Source: an uncultured Chloroflexia bacterium (GTDB taxonomy: Bacteria > Chloroflexota > Chloroflexia > QHBQ01 > JADMIH01). Taken from it: DNA of 64,000 bases. Where the stretch lies: NCBI GenBank assembly GCA_963837315.1, contig CAWINE010000017.1, positions 342,549 through 406,548 on the forward strand. Reading direction: 5' to 3'. Below the pieces are notes generated by a model, which was given only the letters and a program-made list of their open reading frames with translations, searched no databases and had not been told where the DNA came from. Below are positions 44,240 through 53,724 of the stretch, one piece after another (position 1 is the first letter of the stretch; each line of letters opens with the position of its first letter). Position numbers and translations under genes: made by a program.

Positions 44240-44305
44240 TTAGAAGTTAGAAATTAGAAATTAGAAGTTAGAACCAAATCTAACTTCTAATTTCTAATTT
44301 CTAAT
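44240..44305. repeat. TTAGAAR-heptamer hairpin
   Basis: ttagaagttagaaattagaaattagaagttagaa - ccaaa - tctaacttctaatttctaatttctaat. Confidence 0.9.
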
Positions 44306-44343
44306 ATCAATTTTCTGACTTATAATCCTCTGATTATACCACA

Positions 44344-46134
44344 CTACTTGCAGGGAGATATATCGAGGCCTAGCAAGCCAAGAAGCACTTCGGCGTTGGT
44401 GCCCGTATATTCAGGGTGAAGCTCGAGGCGGGCACGCTCTGTGTATTGCACCGTATAGGTCTTGCCGTCTGCGGGGTTCTGCTCGAGCACAGGCTCGGAG
44501 ATTGGATAGCCGAACTGTGTGAGGCCGCCGTTCTGCTGCCAGTACTGGAAGAAGGTCCCGCTCAGCGTATGCTCGACCTGTGGGAAATAGAGCGTGTCCG
44601 CCCCCGGTGCGGGATCGGTGGCGGGCGGGAAGAAGCGCCCCCCTGCCGCCTGTACTCCCAGCAGGCCGAGCAGCACGTTGTTGGGAGGCTGGTTCTCCGG
44701 ATGCAATTCGAAGCGGTTGCGCTCGAAATACTGCACCGTGTATCGCTTGCCGTCCGTGGGGCTTTTCTCTGTGAATTGTTCGGTGAGGGGGTAGCCGAAC
44801 ACGGGTAACCCGCCGTTCTGCTGCCAGTATTCGAGGAATGCTCCGCTCAGGCTGTGCCCTGTCTGCGAGAAATATAATCTGTCCGTGGTGGACGTGAAGG
44901 GCGTGATCGCGTTGCAGGCTACCGGTTTGGGTGTAGGGGTTGAGGTCGGCGTGGGGGGCTTCGGCGTGGCAGTGGCGGGTATGCTGGTTGCCGTGGACGG
45001 CGGGCCGGGCGTGGTCGTGCCGGGCCGGTAGCCCTGAGGGGTGCCTGTGGCGGGGAGGGGCGTTGGAATACCGGCGATCGTATCCCAGATGTGCGGGTCC
45101 TCCTGCCCTAGCCGCCAGAGGGCGAAGCCGGCCATCTTATCACCTGTGACCAGGCTCAGCTTGGCTTCGAAGCTTTGCTCGTTCTCGTACCAAACTTCCC
45201 TTAGCTGCCCGTTGGTCGTGTAGCGCGTCCAGGGAGCCTGGGCCGAGGCGTCATAGCCGCTTTGCGAGCCGGGTTGGTGCGCGATGGCGTCGGCTTCCGC
45301 CCACGTGCGTGGGTCGGCCATGCCAAGCGATTTGCCGTCCGGCCCCTCAGGCCAATCGTAGCCATACACGCCCATACCCCATATTACCTGACGTGCGGGC
45401 ATCTTGGAGAGCGCATAAGTAGCTGTGTCGCGCAGCTTGTTCAACGGTGCTATGGGGCCAGGGTTGCCGCCCGGGTAGGAGTAATCGTAGGCCATCACCA
45501 TAACGTAGTCCACGACCTTGTACAGGGCCGAATAATCATAAACTGCCGCCCAGCCCGTGCTTATGTCGCGGGTCTTTGCGGCCACCACAGCCGTCACCAG
45601 CTTGCCTTCCGCGTGGAGACGGTCGTAGACGCGGCTCATGAAGATGGTGAGTCTCGTTTTGTCGGCGGGGTTGAGAGCTTCAAAGTCTATCGTGATACCG
45701 TCGTAGCCGTTGGCCGTCACCAGAGAATCAATAGAGTTGACGATGGCGCTTATTTTGTTGTCGTCGTTGATGATAGCCGAGAAGGTATCGTACTCGGCTG
45801 AGCTGTTCTTGAGCATAGGCAGATTCTTCGCGCCTGCGCTCCTGATTATCTGGGTGACGTCAGCTCGGTCGCTGCCTGTGACCTGGCCGTTCGCGTTGAG
45901 GTTAAAGTACCAGGGCGACACGTAATTGAGCTTGCTCACATTGGCCTGCAGCGACGCGAGCGAGTTGGCGTTATAAGTCACATAGAAGCCCCACCGGATA
46001 GCCGCCGCGCCTGTGGAGGACAGGGGAGCAGCCCCCGCGCTATAAGACGCGAGGCTGAGGCCGCCAATCGCTAACGTTGTGGCCGTTGTAATCAGAATGA
46101 GCAGTGAATGGACCCGTAGGCTGCGTAGGCTCAT
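44344..46134 (-). CDS. Secreted GH18 chitinase-like glycoside hydrolase with Pro/Thr linker and two C-terminal LGFP-like repeats
   Basis: Signal peptide. YDGITIDFEAL (DxxDxDxE-type GH18 motif), MAYDYS. C-terminal FLEYWQQNGGLPVFGYPLT..VQYFERNRFELHPE and FFQYWQQNGGLTQFGYPIS..VQYTERARLELHPE. Confidence 0.85.
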   Translation of the reverse strand: MSLRSLRVHSLLILITTATTLAIGGLSLASYSAGAAPLSSTGAAAIRWGFYVTYNANSLASLQANVSKLNYVSPWYFNLNANGQVTGSDRADVTQIIRSAGAKNLPMLKNSSAEYDTFSAIINDDNKISAIVNSIDSLVTANGYDGITIDFEALNPADKTRLTIFMSRVYDRLHAEGKLVTAVVAAKTRDISTGWAAVYDYSALYKVVDYVMVMAYDYSYPGGNPGPIAPLNKLRDTATYALSKMPARQVIWGMGVYGYDWPEGPDGKSLGMADPRTWAEADAIAHQPGSQSGYDASAQAPWTRYTTNGQLREVWYENEQSFEAKLSLVTGDKMAGFALWRLGQEDPHIWDTIAGIPTPLPATGTPQGYRPGTTTPGPPSTATSIPATATPKPPTPTSTPTPKPVACNAITPFTSTTDRLYFSQTGHSLSGAFLEYWQQNGGLPVFGYPLTEQFTEKSPTDGKRYTVQYFERNRFELHPENQPPNNVLLGLLGVQAAGGRFFPPATDPAPGADTLYFPQVEHTLSGTFFQYWQQNGGLTQFGYPISEPVLEQNPADGKTYTVQYTERARLELHPEYTGTNAEVLLGLLGLDISPCK

Positions 46135-46296
46135 ATGGCCTCCTGTTAGTTGTCATAACATCCTAGCGCCGATTATAGATGCAGGATCAGCCGAAGTCAA
46201 AATCACCTGACGGCAGATGTGGATTGCCATCCCTTTGTTCTGTTTATTTGCCCCGTATTGAAGTAACGTGCGAAGTCGTGCCAGGTAGCGTGGCCG

Positions 46297-46583
46297 GTTG
46301 TCAGTTGTCAGTAGAACAGTAACCGCCAAGACGCCAAGTTCCGCCAAGGTCGCCAAGGTTTTCATTGTTTAAGCCCATCAAATCCATAAGCGAAGTAGTT
46401 CGCTCATCTCTGATCTACTGTGCACTCTCTACTCATGAGAAGGGTGCCCTCTGGGCTGCGAGCTCTGATTCAAACCCATAAAAACCTTCGTGATCTTCGT
46501 GCTCTTCGTGCTCTTCGTGATTTAAAACCTGATAGCTGATAGCCGATAAGCTACCTGACAACTGACAACTGACAACTGACAAC
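46297..46583. repeat. Mosaic intergenic element with a divergent ~100-nt central insert
   Basis: gttgtca x2, ccgccaagacgccaag..., unique centre 46375-46470, aaacccataaaaaccttcgtgat units, gatagctgatagcc, ctgacaa x4. Confidence 0.85.
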
Positions 46584-46629
46584 TTGGTCATACGAACTAA
46601 GGCCAGGACAAACTAGGCCAAAAGACCGA

Positions 46630-46671
46630 TTGACAAATTACGTAACTATGTTATATATTAGCTAAGCTAAT
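46630..46671 (+). promoter_or_regulatory. marR promoter with palindromic operator candidate
   Basis: TTGACA (46630-46635), 16-17-nt spacer, TATATA/ATATAT, followed by ATTAGC-taa-GCTAAT (46657-46671). Confidence 0.5.
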
Positions 46672-46746
46672 TATTTCTTGCCGGCAACGATGAAAAGATT
46701 GGCTGCGAAGAAACAGGGATTTATGGCTCGATGAAGAGCCGAAGAA

Positions 46747-47322
46747 ATGGAGAGGCATAAAGTGGCATACACACTAAGGATAATGCCGGAGAGCGATCAG
46801 GCAAAGGCGATTCTGGAAGCCGAGTGGCGGCATGCGCAGGCGCTTGAGGAAGCTACGACACAGGTTGTCCGCACCTTGCCCAGGGTGTTCAGGACTCTCA
46901 AGCACCAGATACGAACGACTACGGTGATGACGCCGTACAAGGACATGGGCGAGCAGCAAATGGCAATCCTTCATGAATTGACACGGGGTAAGCTGCTCAC
47001 GAGCGAGCTGGCGAAGAAGTTCGACGTTGCCAACCCCACAATCACCCGTACCGTAGACCGCCTGGTAGAGCTGGGCTATGTCGAGCGTTTGCCGGACGCC
47101 GACGACAGGCGCAAGACCTACCTCCGGTTGACTGCGACAGGAAGTGAGATAGGAGAGATCGCTCAGTTGCAGTTCCGGGCTGCAATGCGTAACCACCTCT
47201 CTCGCCTCACAGACGGCCAGCTATACGACATTGCCCTGGCCTGCCGCCATCTTGGCACCCTGTTCCCCGAGGGTCTCTACGAATACGACGAAGCCTGTCC
47301 GGTGCGACCAGGCGAAAAGTAA
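46747..47322 (+). CDS. MarR-family transcriptional regulator
   Basis: QQMAILHELTRGKLLTSELAKKFDVANPTITRTVDRLVELGYVERLPDADDRRKTYLRLT. Confidence 0.9.
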   Translation: MERHKVAYTLRIMPESDQAKAILEAEWRHAQALEEATTQVVRTLPRVFRTLKHQIRTTTVMTPYKDMGEQQMAILHELTRGKLLTSELAKKFDVANPTITRTVDRLVELGYVERLPDADDRRKTYLRLTATGSEIGEIAQLQFRAAMRNHLSRLTDGQLYDIALACRHLGTLFPEGLYEYDEACPVRPGEK

Positions 47323-47349
47323 AAATAACAATCGAGGAGATTAGAGAAA

Positions 47350-49173
47350 ATGGATAACAGAGCAACCGTATCTCCCGCCAGAACCGGTACCGGGGCGCAA
47401 GCCTGGGGCCAGCCGGCGGAAGAAAGGACCTATATTAAAGGCACTCAGCTCCTGATAGTCATGGTCAGCGTGCTACTTGGTATTTTGCTAGCGGCACTCG
47501 ACCAGACTATCGTCGGCCCGGCGCTTCCCAAGATCGTTGGCGACTTGCAGGGTCTTGATCGCTATTCCTGGGTAGTTACGATCTACCTGTTGACATCCAC
47601 GATCAGCGTGCCCATTATCGGCAAGCTGTCAGATATGTATGGCCGCAAGTGGCTTTACATGGCCGGTATCGGAGTCTTCCTGATAGGCTCGGCGTTGTCG
47701 GGCATCAGCGGCGACATGAACCAGCTTATTATCTTCCGTGGCCTGCAAGGCCTGGGAGCGGGCTTCATTGCCGCCTGCGCTTTCGCAATTATCGCAGACC
47801 TTATCCCACCGGCAGACAGGGGTAAGTGGCAGGGCGTATTCGGCTCGGTATTCGGCCTCTCTTCTGTGGTCGGCCCCACGCTCGGCGGCTTTATCACAGA
47901 CAACTATAGCTGGCACTGGATATTCTATATAAACGTGCCGGTGGGCATCCTCGCCCTGGCCGTGCTTTTCTTCACCTTCCCTGCCGAAGATAAGAAGCAG
48001 GTCCGTAAGTCGATCGACTGGCTGGGCGCGGGCGCGCTGGTTGTCTCGCTCGTACCGCTCCTGATAGCCCTTTCGCTTGGCGGCACGCCCGATTGGGATT
48101 GGGGCTCGGCCAAGGTGATTGGTATGTTCGTGGTAGCGGTGGTAGCCATGGCGGCCTTCATCTTTATCGAGAGCCGTACTCCCGAACCGATAATACCGCT
48201 CGACCTGTTCAAGAACAGTATCTTCACCGTTTCAGTAGGCACAGTCTTCGTGACCGGTGTGGGTTTGTTCGGGGCGGTGCTATTCATCCCGCTCTTCATC
48301 CAGGCTATCCAGGGTGATTCCGCTACCGCCAGCGGTAACGCCATTACACCTCTGACCCTTGCAGTGGTGGTGTCGAGCGTCATCACGGGACAGATAATCT
48401 CCCGAACGGGCAGGTACCGGATTATCGGCATCATCGGCATGGGCCTGGTCACGCTCGGTATGGGCTTACTCTGGACAATGCAGATAGATGTTTCACGCTT
48501 CACCACGATCGTCTATATGATTATCATGGGTCTTGGCCTCGGTGTGGCATTCCCGCTCTACACGCTGGTAGTACAAAACGTCTTCCCGATACAACGCGTG
48601 GGCGTAGTAACGGCGGCGGTGCAGTTCTTCCGCTCGATCGGCAGCACGGTGGGCGTGGCCATCCTGGGCACGGTTGTCAACAACCAGTTCCAGAGCCAGC
48701 TCCCAGCGCAGTTGCAAAACGGCGTGAAGGCCTTGCCTCCCGATGTCGCCAAGAACATTCCTGTGGACAAACTGTTGGCGGGATTCAGCCATGTGTCTAC
48801 TCAAAGCCTGGCGACGGGCGGTGGTGGCGCAGACGCTCTCAAGGCGCAATTGCTGCAGGCCGGCACGCCGCCGTCCGCTGTGGATACAATGGCTAATCTG
48901 ATCAACACCGCCTTGAAGAACTCTCTCTTTGCGGGTATCCAGGAGGCGTTCTTGATCGGCACGATCCTGTTAGGTTTGGGTTTCGTGTTGACTATATTCC
49001 TCAAGGAGATTCCGCTCCGCAAGAGCAACCGTCCTGCACCAGGTGCAGCTATGGCTGAAGGCGGTGGCATTGAATATACGGTTGAGGAAGCAGGCAGGGA
49101 AATGGCAGCCGAGGGCTTGCCCGGGGCAACCCAGCTATCCCCTGAAGAAGAACCGGACCTGGTCCAAAGATAG
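47350..49173 (+). CDS. MFS transporter, DHA2 (EmrB/QacA, 14-TMS) drug:H+ antiporter type
   Basis: LDQTIVGPALPKI, GKLSDMYGRKW, and about 14 hydrophobic segments. Confidence 0.9.
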   Translation: MDNRATVSPARTGTGAQAWGQPAEERTYIKGTQLLIVMVSVLLGILLAALDQTIVGPALPKIVGDLQGLDRYSWVVTIYLLTSTISVPIIGKLSDMYGRKWLYMAGIGVFLIGSALSGISGDMNQLIIFRGLQGLGAGFIAACAFAIIADLIPPADRGKWQGVFGSVFGLSSVVGPTLGGFITDNYSWHWIFYINVPVGILALAVLFFTFPAEDKKQVRKSIDWLGAGALVVSLVPLLIALSLGGTPDWDWGSAKVIGMFVVAVVAMAAFIFIESRTPEPIIPLDLFKNSIFTVSVGTVFVTGVGLFGAVLFIPLFIQAIQGDSATASGNAITPLTLAVVVSSVITGQIISRTGRYRIIGIIGMGLVTLGMGLLWTMQIDVSRFTTIVYMIIMGLGLGVAFPLYTLVVQNVFPIQRVGVVTAAVQFFRSIGSTVGVAILGTVVNNQFQSQLPAQLQNGVKALPPDVAKNIPVDKLLAGFSHVSTQSLATGGGGADALKAQLLQAGTPPSAVDTMANLINTALKNSLFAGIQEAFLIGTILLGLGFVLTIFLKEIPLRKSNRPAPGAAMAEGGGIEYTVEEAGREMAAEGLPGATQLSPEEEPDLVQR

Positions 49174-49192
49174 TCATTACATTCCGAAGCAA

Positions 49193-49230
49193 GACGAAGG
49201 ACGAAGGCAGAAATGCCTTCGTCCTTCGTC
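49193..49230. terminator. GACGAAG-unit hairpin after the MFS gene
   Basis: gacgaaggacgaaggc-agaaat-gccttcgtccttcgtc. Confidence 0.7.
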
Positions 49231-49315
49231 GTCCCATGCAACCATCGCCCCTCTTCCCCGTTATACTTCCAGTCGCTGTCAAAAGGCACCCCAAAATGCG
49301 ACGCGGAGGATACAG

Positions 49316-50978
49316 GTGAAGAAAGTATTTAGCAGGGTTATGATACTTGGCGTCTTTCTCTTGACAATTGTTGGCGGTCCAGGGTTTGCATTCGCGCAAT
49401 CACAAACGGACACGCGCTTTTTCTCCGTGACACAACAATCTGTTTCAGGTCGCTTCCTTGAATATTGGAATGAAAACGGCGGGCTATTGCAGCAAGGCTA
49501 TCCGATCTCTCCTGTGCTGGAAGATCAATCAGCTATAGATGGCAAGACATATACTGTGCAGTATTTCGAGCGGGCCGTCTTCGAGATGCACCCGGAAAAC
49601 CCTCGGCCATACGACGTTGAGCTTGCGCTGCTCGGTGTGCTGGCATACCGGCAGAAATATCCCGATGGCGCGCCCAACCAGGTTCCTAATACAGACCCGG
49701 GATCTGTCTCGTATCCTGCAACGGGCAAGCGGTTGGGCGGCTCTTTCCTGGTCTACTTCAACCAGCATGGCGGCGTAGCCCAGCAAGGCCTGCCTATCTC
49801 CGACGAGTTCCAGGAGAAAAGCAGCCTCGACGGCAAGGTGCGCACCGTCCAGTATTTTGAGCGCGCAGTCTTCGAGTGGAATCCATCCGAACCAGCCTCC
49901 CTACAACGTTCTGCTGAGCCAGCTCGGCACATTCGCTTACAAAGCAAGGCAAACGCCTGCGCCTGCGCCTGTTCCCCCTCTGCCCACTACGATTGTCCCG
50001 CCGCCGGTAGGGGGCAAGGACCAGTACGCGCCCATCGGCAATGACCGGTACCTTGTATGGTCAGAGGGCGAATTGAAGTCCAGCGGCGGAGGCATAGTAA
50101 ACACCTTCGATATACGCGCCCTCGATCTGCGCACAAATAACGTGATCACCGTTACAGATGCACAGGGCGACCAGGGAGACCAGGTCCTCGACGGCAACAT
50201 GGTCGCATGGGGAAGCTATGACACCAGTTGTGCGGGCTGCCAATCTTCTGCATCGGGCGTTTACGCGAAGAACCTTGCGACAGGCCAGGAGTATACGGTA
50301 GCCACAGGCTTTGTGCCTCAAGGAACCATCGGCATATCCGGCAGAAAAGTCGCATGGCTGGAAGGTGGCGCGGCAGGTCAGCAGCTAAAGGTGAAGGACC
50401 TCGACAGCAATGAGATTACGCTGGTGCGAGAGGTCGCCACTGAAGAACCATATCTCACAAACGTACAGATGAGCGGCAACAATCTAATCTGGAGCGAGAT
50501 CGCCTATAACAATACCAAAGGGGACAGCAAGGTGTCGTACATAAAGGCCTACGACCTCAAAACAGGCCAAACACACGACGCGTATTCCTACGTGCTCGAC
50601 CCGAAGGGCTCCCTGCCCAACGTCGCATTGAGCGGCGACAGACTTGTTGTGCAAGACAGCGAGGGCAATGTCTTTGTCAAAGACCTGCCGAGTAACGATT
50701 CGTTCGAGCTTGCTTACAAAGGACTGATGAACAATCTTGTAGTTCAGGGCGATCTCATCCTGTTCAGCAGCAGCCCCGCCCATGCGGATATCAATGGCAT
50801 CAATCTGAAAAGGGCCAACACTGTAGTGCCAATAATCAACTCGGTTCCGGGCAGCTTCAGCCAGTACGAGTTCACGGTGGCCGGCGGCAGACTGGTGTAC
50901 GTGGACGCCAATGGCAACCCCTCAAGGCAAGATCGCCCCCGGTTAGTAGTGCGCGAGCTTCCGGACGCGCTAAAGTAG
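49316..50978 (+). pseudogene. Secreted protein: two LGFP-like repeats plus beta-propeller-like domain, 1-nt insertion; paralog of 51107-52777
   Basis: GTG 49316 (VKKVFSRVMILGVFLL...). ORFs 49043-50044 and 49857-50978. The paralog reads gagtggaatccgtccaaccagccg, whereas this gene has gagtggaatccatccGaaccagcct, with the extra G at ~49889. Confidence 0.8.
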
Positions 50979-50996
50979 GTCTGCCAGGTTGTCAGT

Positions 50997-51032
50997 GGAA
51001 GGACGAAGGTAGTTGGCCTTCGTCCTTCGTCC
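50997..51032. terminator. GACGAAG-unit hairpin between the paralogs
   Basis: ggaaggacgaagg-tagtt-ggccttcgtccttcgtcc. Confidence 0.65.
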
Positions 51033-51106
51033 TCGCCACCGCATTTCTTAGGTTATACTATCAGCCGGTAGCTAAAGCACCCCAAAACTCGGCATGGAGA
51101 ACAACG

Positions 51107-52777
51107 GTGAAGAAGATATTCAGCAGGGTTATGATACTTGGCGTCCTTCTCTCGACAATTGTTGGCGGTCCAGGGTTTACATTTGCGCAATCACAAACGG
51201 GCACGCGCTATTTCCCTGAGACACAGCAATCTATCTCGGGCCGCTTTCTTGAATATTGGACCCAGAATGGCGGGCTGATGCAGCAGGGGTACCCGATCTC
51301 GCCTGAGATGCAGGAGCTATACCCTACAGACGGCAAAACCTACACGGTGCAATACTTCGAACGCTCCATCTTTGAGATGCACCCCGAGAACCAGAGACCT
51401 TACGATGTGCTTCTCGGGCTACTTGGCGTACTGGCATATCGCCAGAACTACCCGCACGGCGCTCCCAACCAGATTCCGAACAACGACCCTGGCTCAGTTC
51501 TATTCAAAGAGACGGGCAAGCGGGTAGGCGGCTCCTTCCTGGCTTACTTCAACGCTCATGGCGGCATAATGCAGCAAGGTCTCCCAATTTCGGACGAGTT
51601 TCAGGAGACGAGCGCTCTCGATGGCACCATGCACACGGTCCAGTACTTCGAGCGAGCCGTGTTCGAGTGGAATCCGTCCAACCAGCCGCCTTATAACGTC
51701 CTTCTGAGCCAGCTTGGCACATTCGCCTACAAGGCGAAATATAGCGCACCGCCGCAGGAGCAACCTATACTCGAGCCGGTGCTCCCGGCGCCCTCCAATT
51801 CCAGAAAGGCCCAGGTTGGCCCGCAAGCATCGAGCGACTATCTCGTCTGGTACGAAGGATTGCAGACAGGCCCGGCCGACAGGGGAAACTACACAGACCT
51901 CGATATCATGGCGCTCGATTTGCACACGAATAAGCCTGTAACCGTCACAACTGCCTCTCAGAACCAGACAGAGGCCAGCATAGATGGCTCGCTCGTGGCC
52001 TGGCGCGACGAGAGCATCGGTTGTGCTGAGTGCTCTCCGCCGGGATTGTACGCGAAAGACCTGGCCACAGGCATGGACTACGATATTTCCAGGGCGACGG
52101 GGAGCTCGTTTCCTCAGAACCCTGTGGTCGCGGGTAGAACCGTCGCATGGCTGGAAGTGAGCGACAACGCGCAGATTATCAAAGCCAAGAACGTGGACAC
52201 AGGCAACACGACAGAGGTGAAAGATTTGATTGGCAACACGTCTCAAATCACCGGCCTGGCGGGACAAGGACGGTTTCTGGTCTGGTGCGAGGTTGACTAC
52301 GATCATTCGCAGACTTCCACTCCGGTGCCAGGCTATCCATACACTCTTGAAGCCTACGACCTGGCAACAGGCAACCAATATCAGGAGCTCACAGCCTATC
52401 TAAGCAGCGGCCCGGACTTCGCGCTCCCTTCCTATTCGCTGAGCGGCACCCGGCTTGCTGTGAGCATGAAATCCAAAAACTCATTCTTGATTAACCTCTC
52501 TACAGGCACAAGCATTGAGCTACCATATACCGGCACTATGCAAAACCTCACCCTTTACGGTGATAAGCTCCTCTTCAGCACAAGCATCGATGCTTCGGAC
52601 CTTTATGGCATCGATCTCTCGTCCCCCGACCTGAAAGCTGTTCCACTGCTCCAGACCCCTCCGAACACCCCCCCGCAGGATGCCCCGAGATACCAGGCCG
52701 CCGTGGTAGGGGATTGGCTCGTCTGGGACAATGCAAAAGACCCGCAGTCCAGGCTAAGCCATAAGAAGCTGGATTAA
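51107..52777 (+). CDS. Secreted protein: two LGFP-like repeats plus beta-propeller-like domain (intact paralog)
   Basis: Signal peptide MKKIFSRVMILGVLLSTIVGGPGFTFA. FLEYWTQNGGLMQQGYPIS..VQYFERSIFEMHPE and FLAYFNAHGGIMQQGLPIS..VQYFERAVFEWNP. Then recurrent ..LVW/..VAW blade-like segments. Confidence 0.8.
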   Translation: MKKIFSRVMILGVLLSTIVGGPGFTFAQSQTGTRYFPETQQSISGRFLEYWTQNGGLMQQGYPISPEMQELYPTDGKTYTVQYFERSIFEMHPENQRPYDVLLGLLGVLAYRQNYPHGAPNQIPNNDPGSVLFKETGKRVGGSFLAYFNAHGGIMQQGLPISDEFQETSALDGTMHTVQYFERAVFEWNPSNQPPYNVLLSQLGTFAYKAKYSAPPQEQPILEPVLPAPSNSRKAQVGPQASSDYLVWYEGLQTGPADRGNYTDLDIMALDLHTNKPVTVTTASQNQTEASIDGSLVAWRDESIGCAECSPPGLYAKDLATGMDYDISRATGSSFPQNPVVAGRTVAWLEVSDNAQIIKAKNVDTGNTTEVKDLIGNTSQITGLAGQGRFLVWCEVDYDHSQTSTPVPGYPYTLEAYDLATGNQYQELTAYLSSGPDFALPSYSLSGTRLAVSMKSKNSFLINLSTGTSIELPYTGTMQNLTLYGDKLLFSTSIDASDLYGIDLSSPDLKAVPLLQTPPNTPPQDAPRYQAAVVGDWLVWDNAKDPQSRLSHKKLD

Positions 52778-52778
52778 A

Positions 52779-52838
52779 CGGACGAAGGACGAAAGACGAA
52801 GGACGAAGGCTAACCTTCGTCTTTCGTCTTTCGTCCGT
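52779..52838. terminator. GACGAAG-unit hairpin between convergent genes
   Basis: acggacgaaggacgaaagacgaaggacgaagg-ctaa-ccttcgtctttcgtctttcgtccgt. Confidence 0.75.
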
Positions 52839-53479
52839 CAAAACGCCGTGAACTCAGGCTTGCCCCGGCAGGCGTCGAAATCACCCGTGGCGCGGGCGAC
52901 CTGCTTGTAGGCCGGCTGAAGCATGATAGCGTCTTTGAGATGGGCAGAGGCGAGGTCGCAGCGGCCCATCATGGCGTTGATGCGTGCCAGGTTGAAGTGG
53001 GCTTCGGCGTACTGAGGCTTGATATCTATGGCGCGGCTGAAGTCTATGGTGGCACCCACCAGATCGCCCATTTGCGCCAGCACTGCCGCGCGAGTGTTGT
53101 ATGGCTCCGGCTGGTTGGGGTTTAGCTCGATGCAGCGGGTGAGGTCGGCGAAAGCTTCCTCCCACCGGCCCATCATGGCGTAGATATTGCCCCTGTTATT
53201 GAGGATATCGGCGTCCTCTCCCCGCAATTCGAGGGCATGCGTGAAATCTTGTACAGCCGCCTCATAGGCGCTGTCTGTGGCGTAGACAATGCCGCGATTG
53301 TATAGATAGCCCGGGTTCTTCGGGTCAAGCTCGATAGCCTTCGTAAAAGAGGCTATCGCCTGCTGAGGCATATTCTGGGTGGCCTGTGTTATGCCGAGTG
53401 TGTTGTAGCGGTTGGCCTCCCCAGCGCTCGAAAGCCCACCATCTTCTGTGCCCGGCTCTGCGGGCTGCTTTTCATCCAT
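52838..53479 (-). CDS. TPR-repeat protein
   Basis: At least five 34-aa TPR units (AIASFTKAIELDPKNPGYLYNRG..., AVQDFTHALEL...). Confidence 0.85.
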   Translation of the reverse strand: MDEKQPAEPGTEDGGLSSAGEANRYNTLGITQATQNMPQQAIASFTKAIELDPKNPGYLYNRGIVYATDSAYEAAVQDFTHALELRGEDADILNNRGNIYAMMGRWEEAFADLTRCIELNPNQPEPYNTRAAVLAQMGDLVGATIDFSRAIDIKPQYAEAHFNLARINAMMGRCDLASAHLKDAIMLQPAYKQVARATGDFDACRGKPEFTAF

Positions 53480-53519
53480 CGTATCCAGGTCCTTTCAGGG
53501 CATTATACCAGACCTGTTT

Positions 53520-53576
53520 ATTCAGTCATTTAGAAGAGATGGACGCGCCGCGTCCATCTCTTCTAAATGACTGAAT
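53520..53576. repeat. 57-nt perfect palindrome in a divergent promoter region
   Basis: attcagtcatttagaagagatggacgcg-c-cgcgtccatctcttctaaatgactgaat. It lies between the minus-strand TPR gene start (53479) and the plus-strand gene start (53725). Confidence 0.8.
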
Positions 53577-53724
53577 ACTTATCTTTGATTGGACGCAGCG
53601 CAGGCAAAATCAAAAGCAGTACGCAGCACGTTGTCGTACCAAAGTCCCAGTGCTATGACCACCTAATAGGCTATTGTTGGGAGGGGTACCGGTTGGTAGG
53701 ATTATTATCGGAGGTATTCCATTT

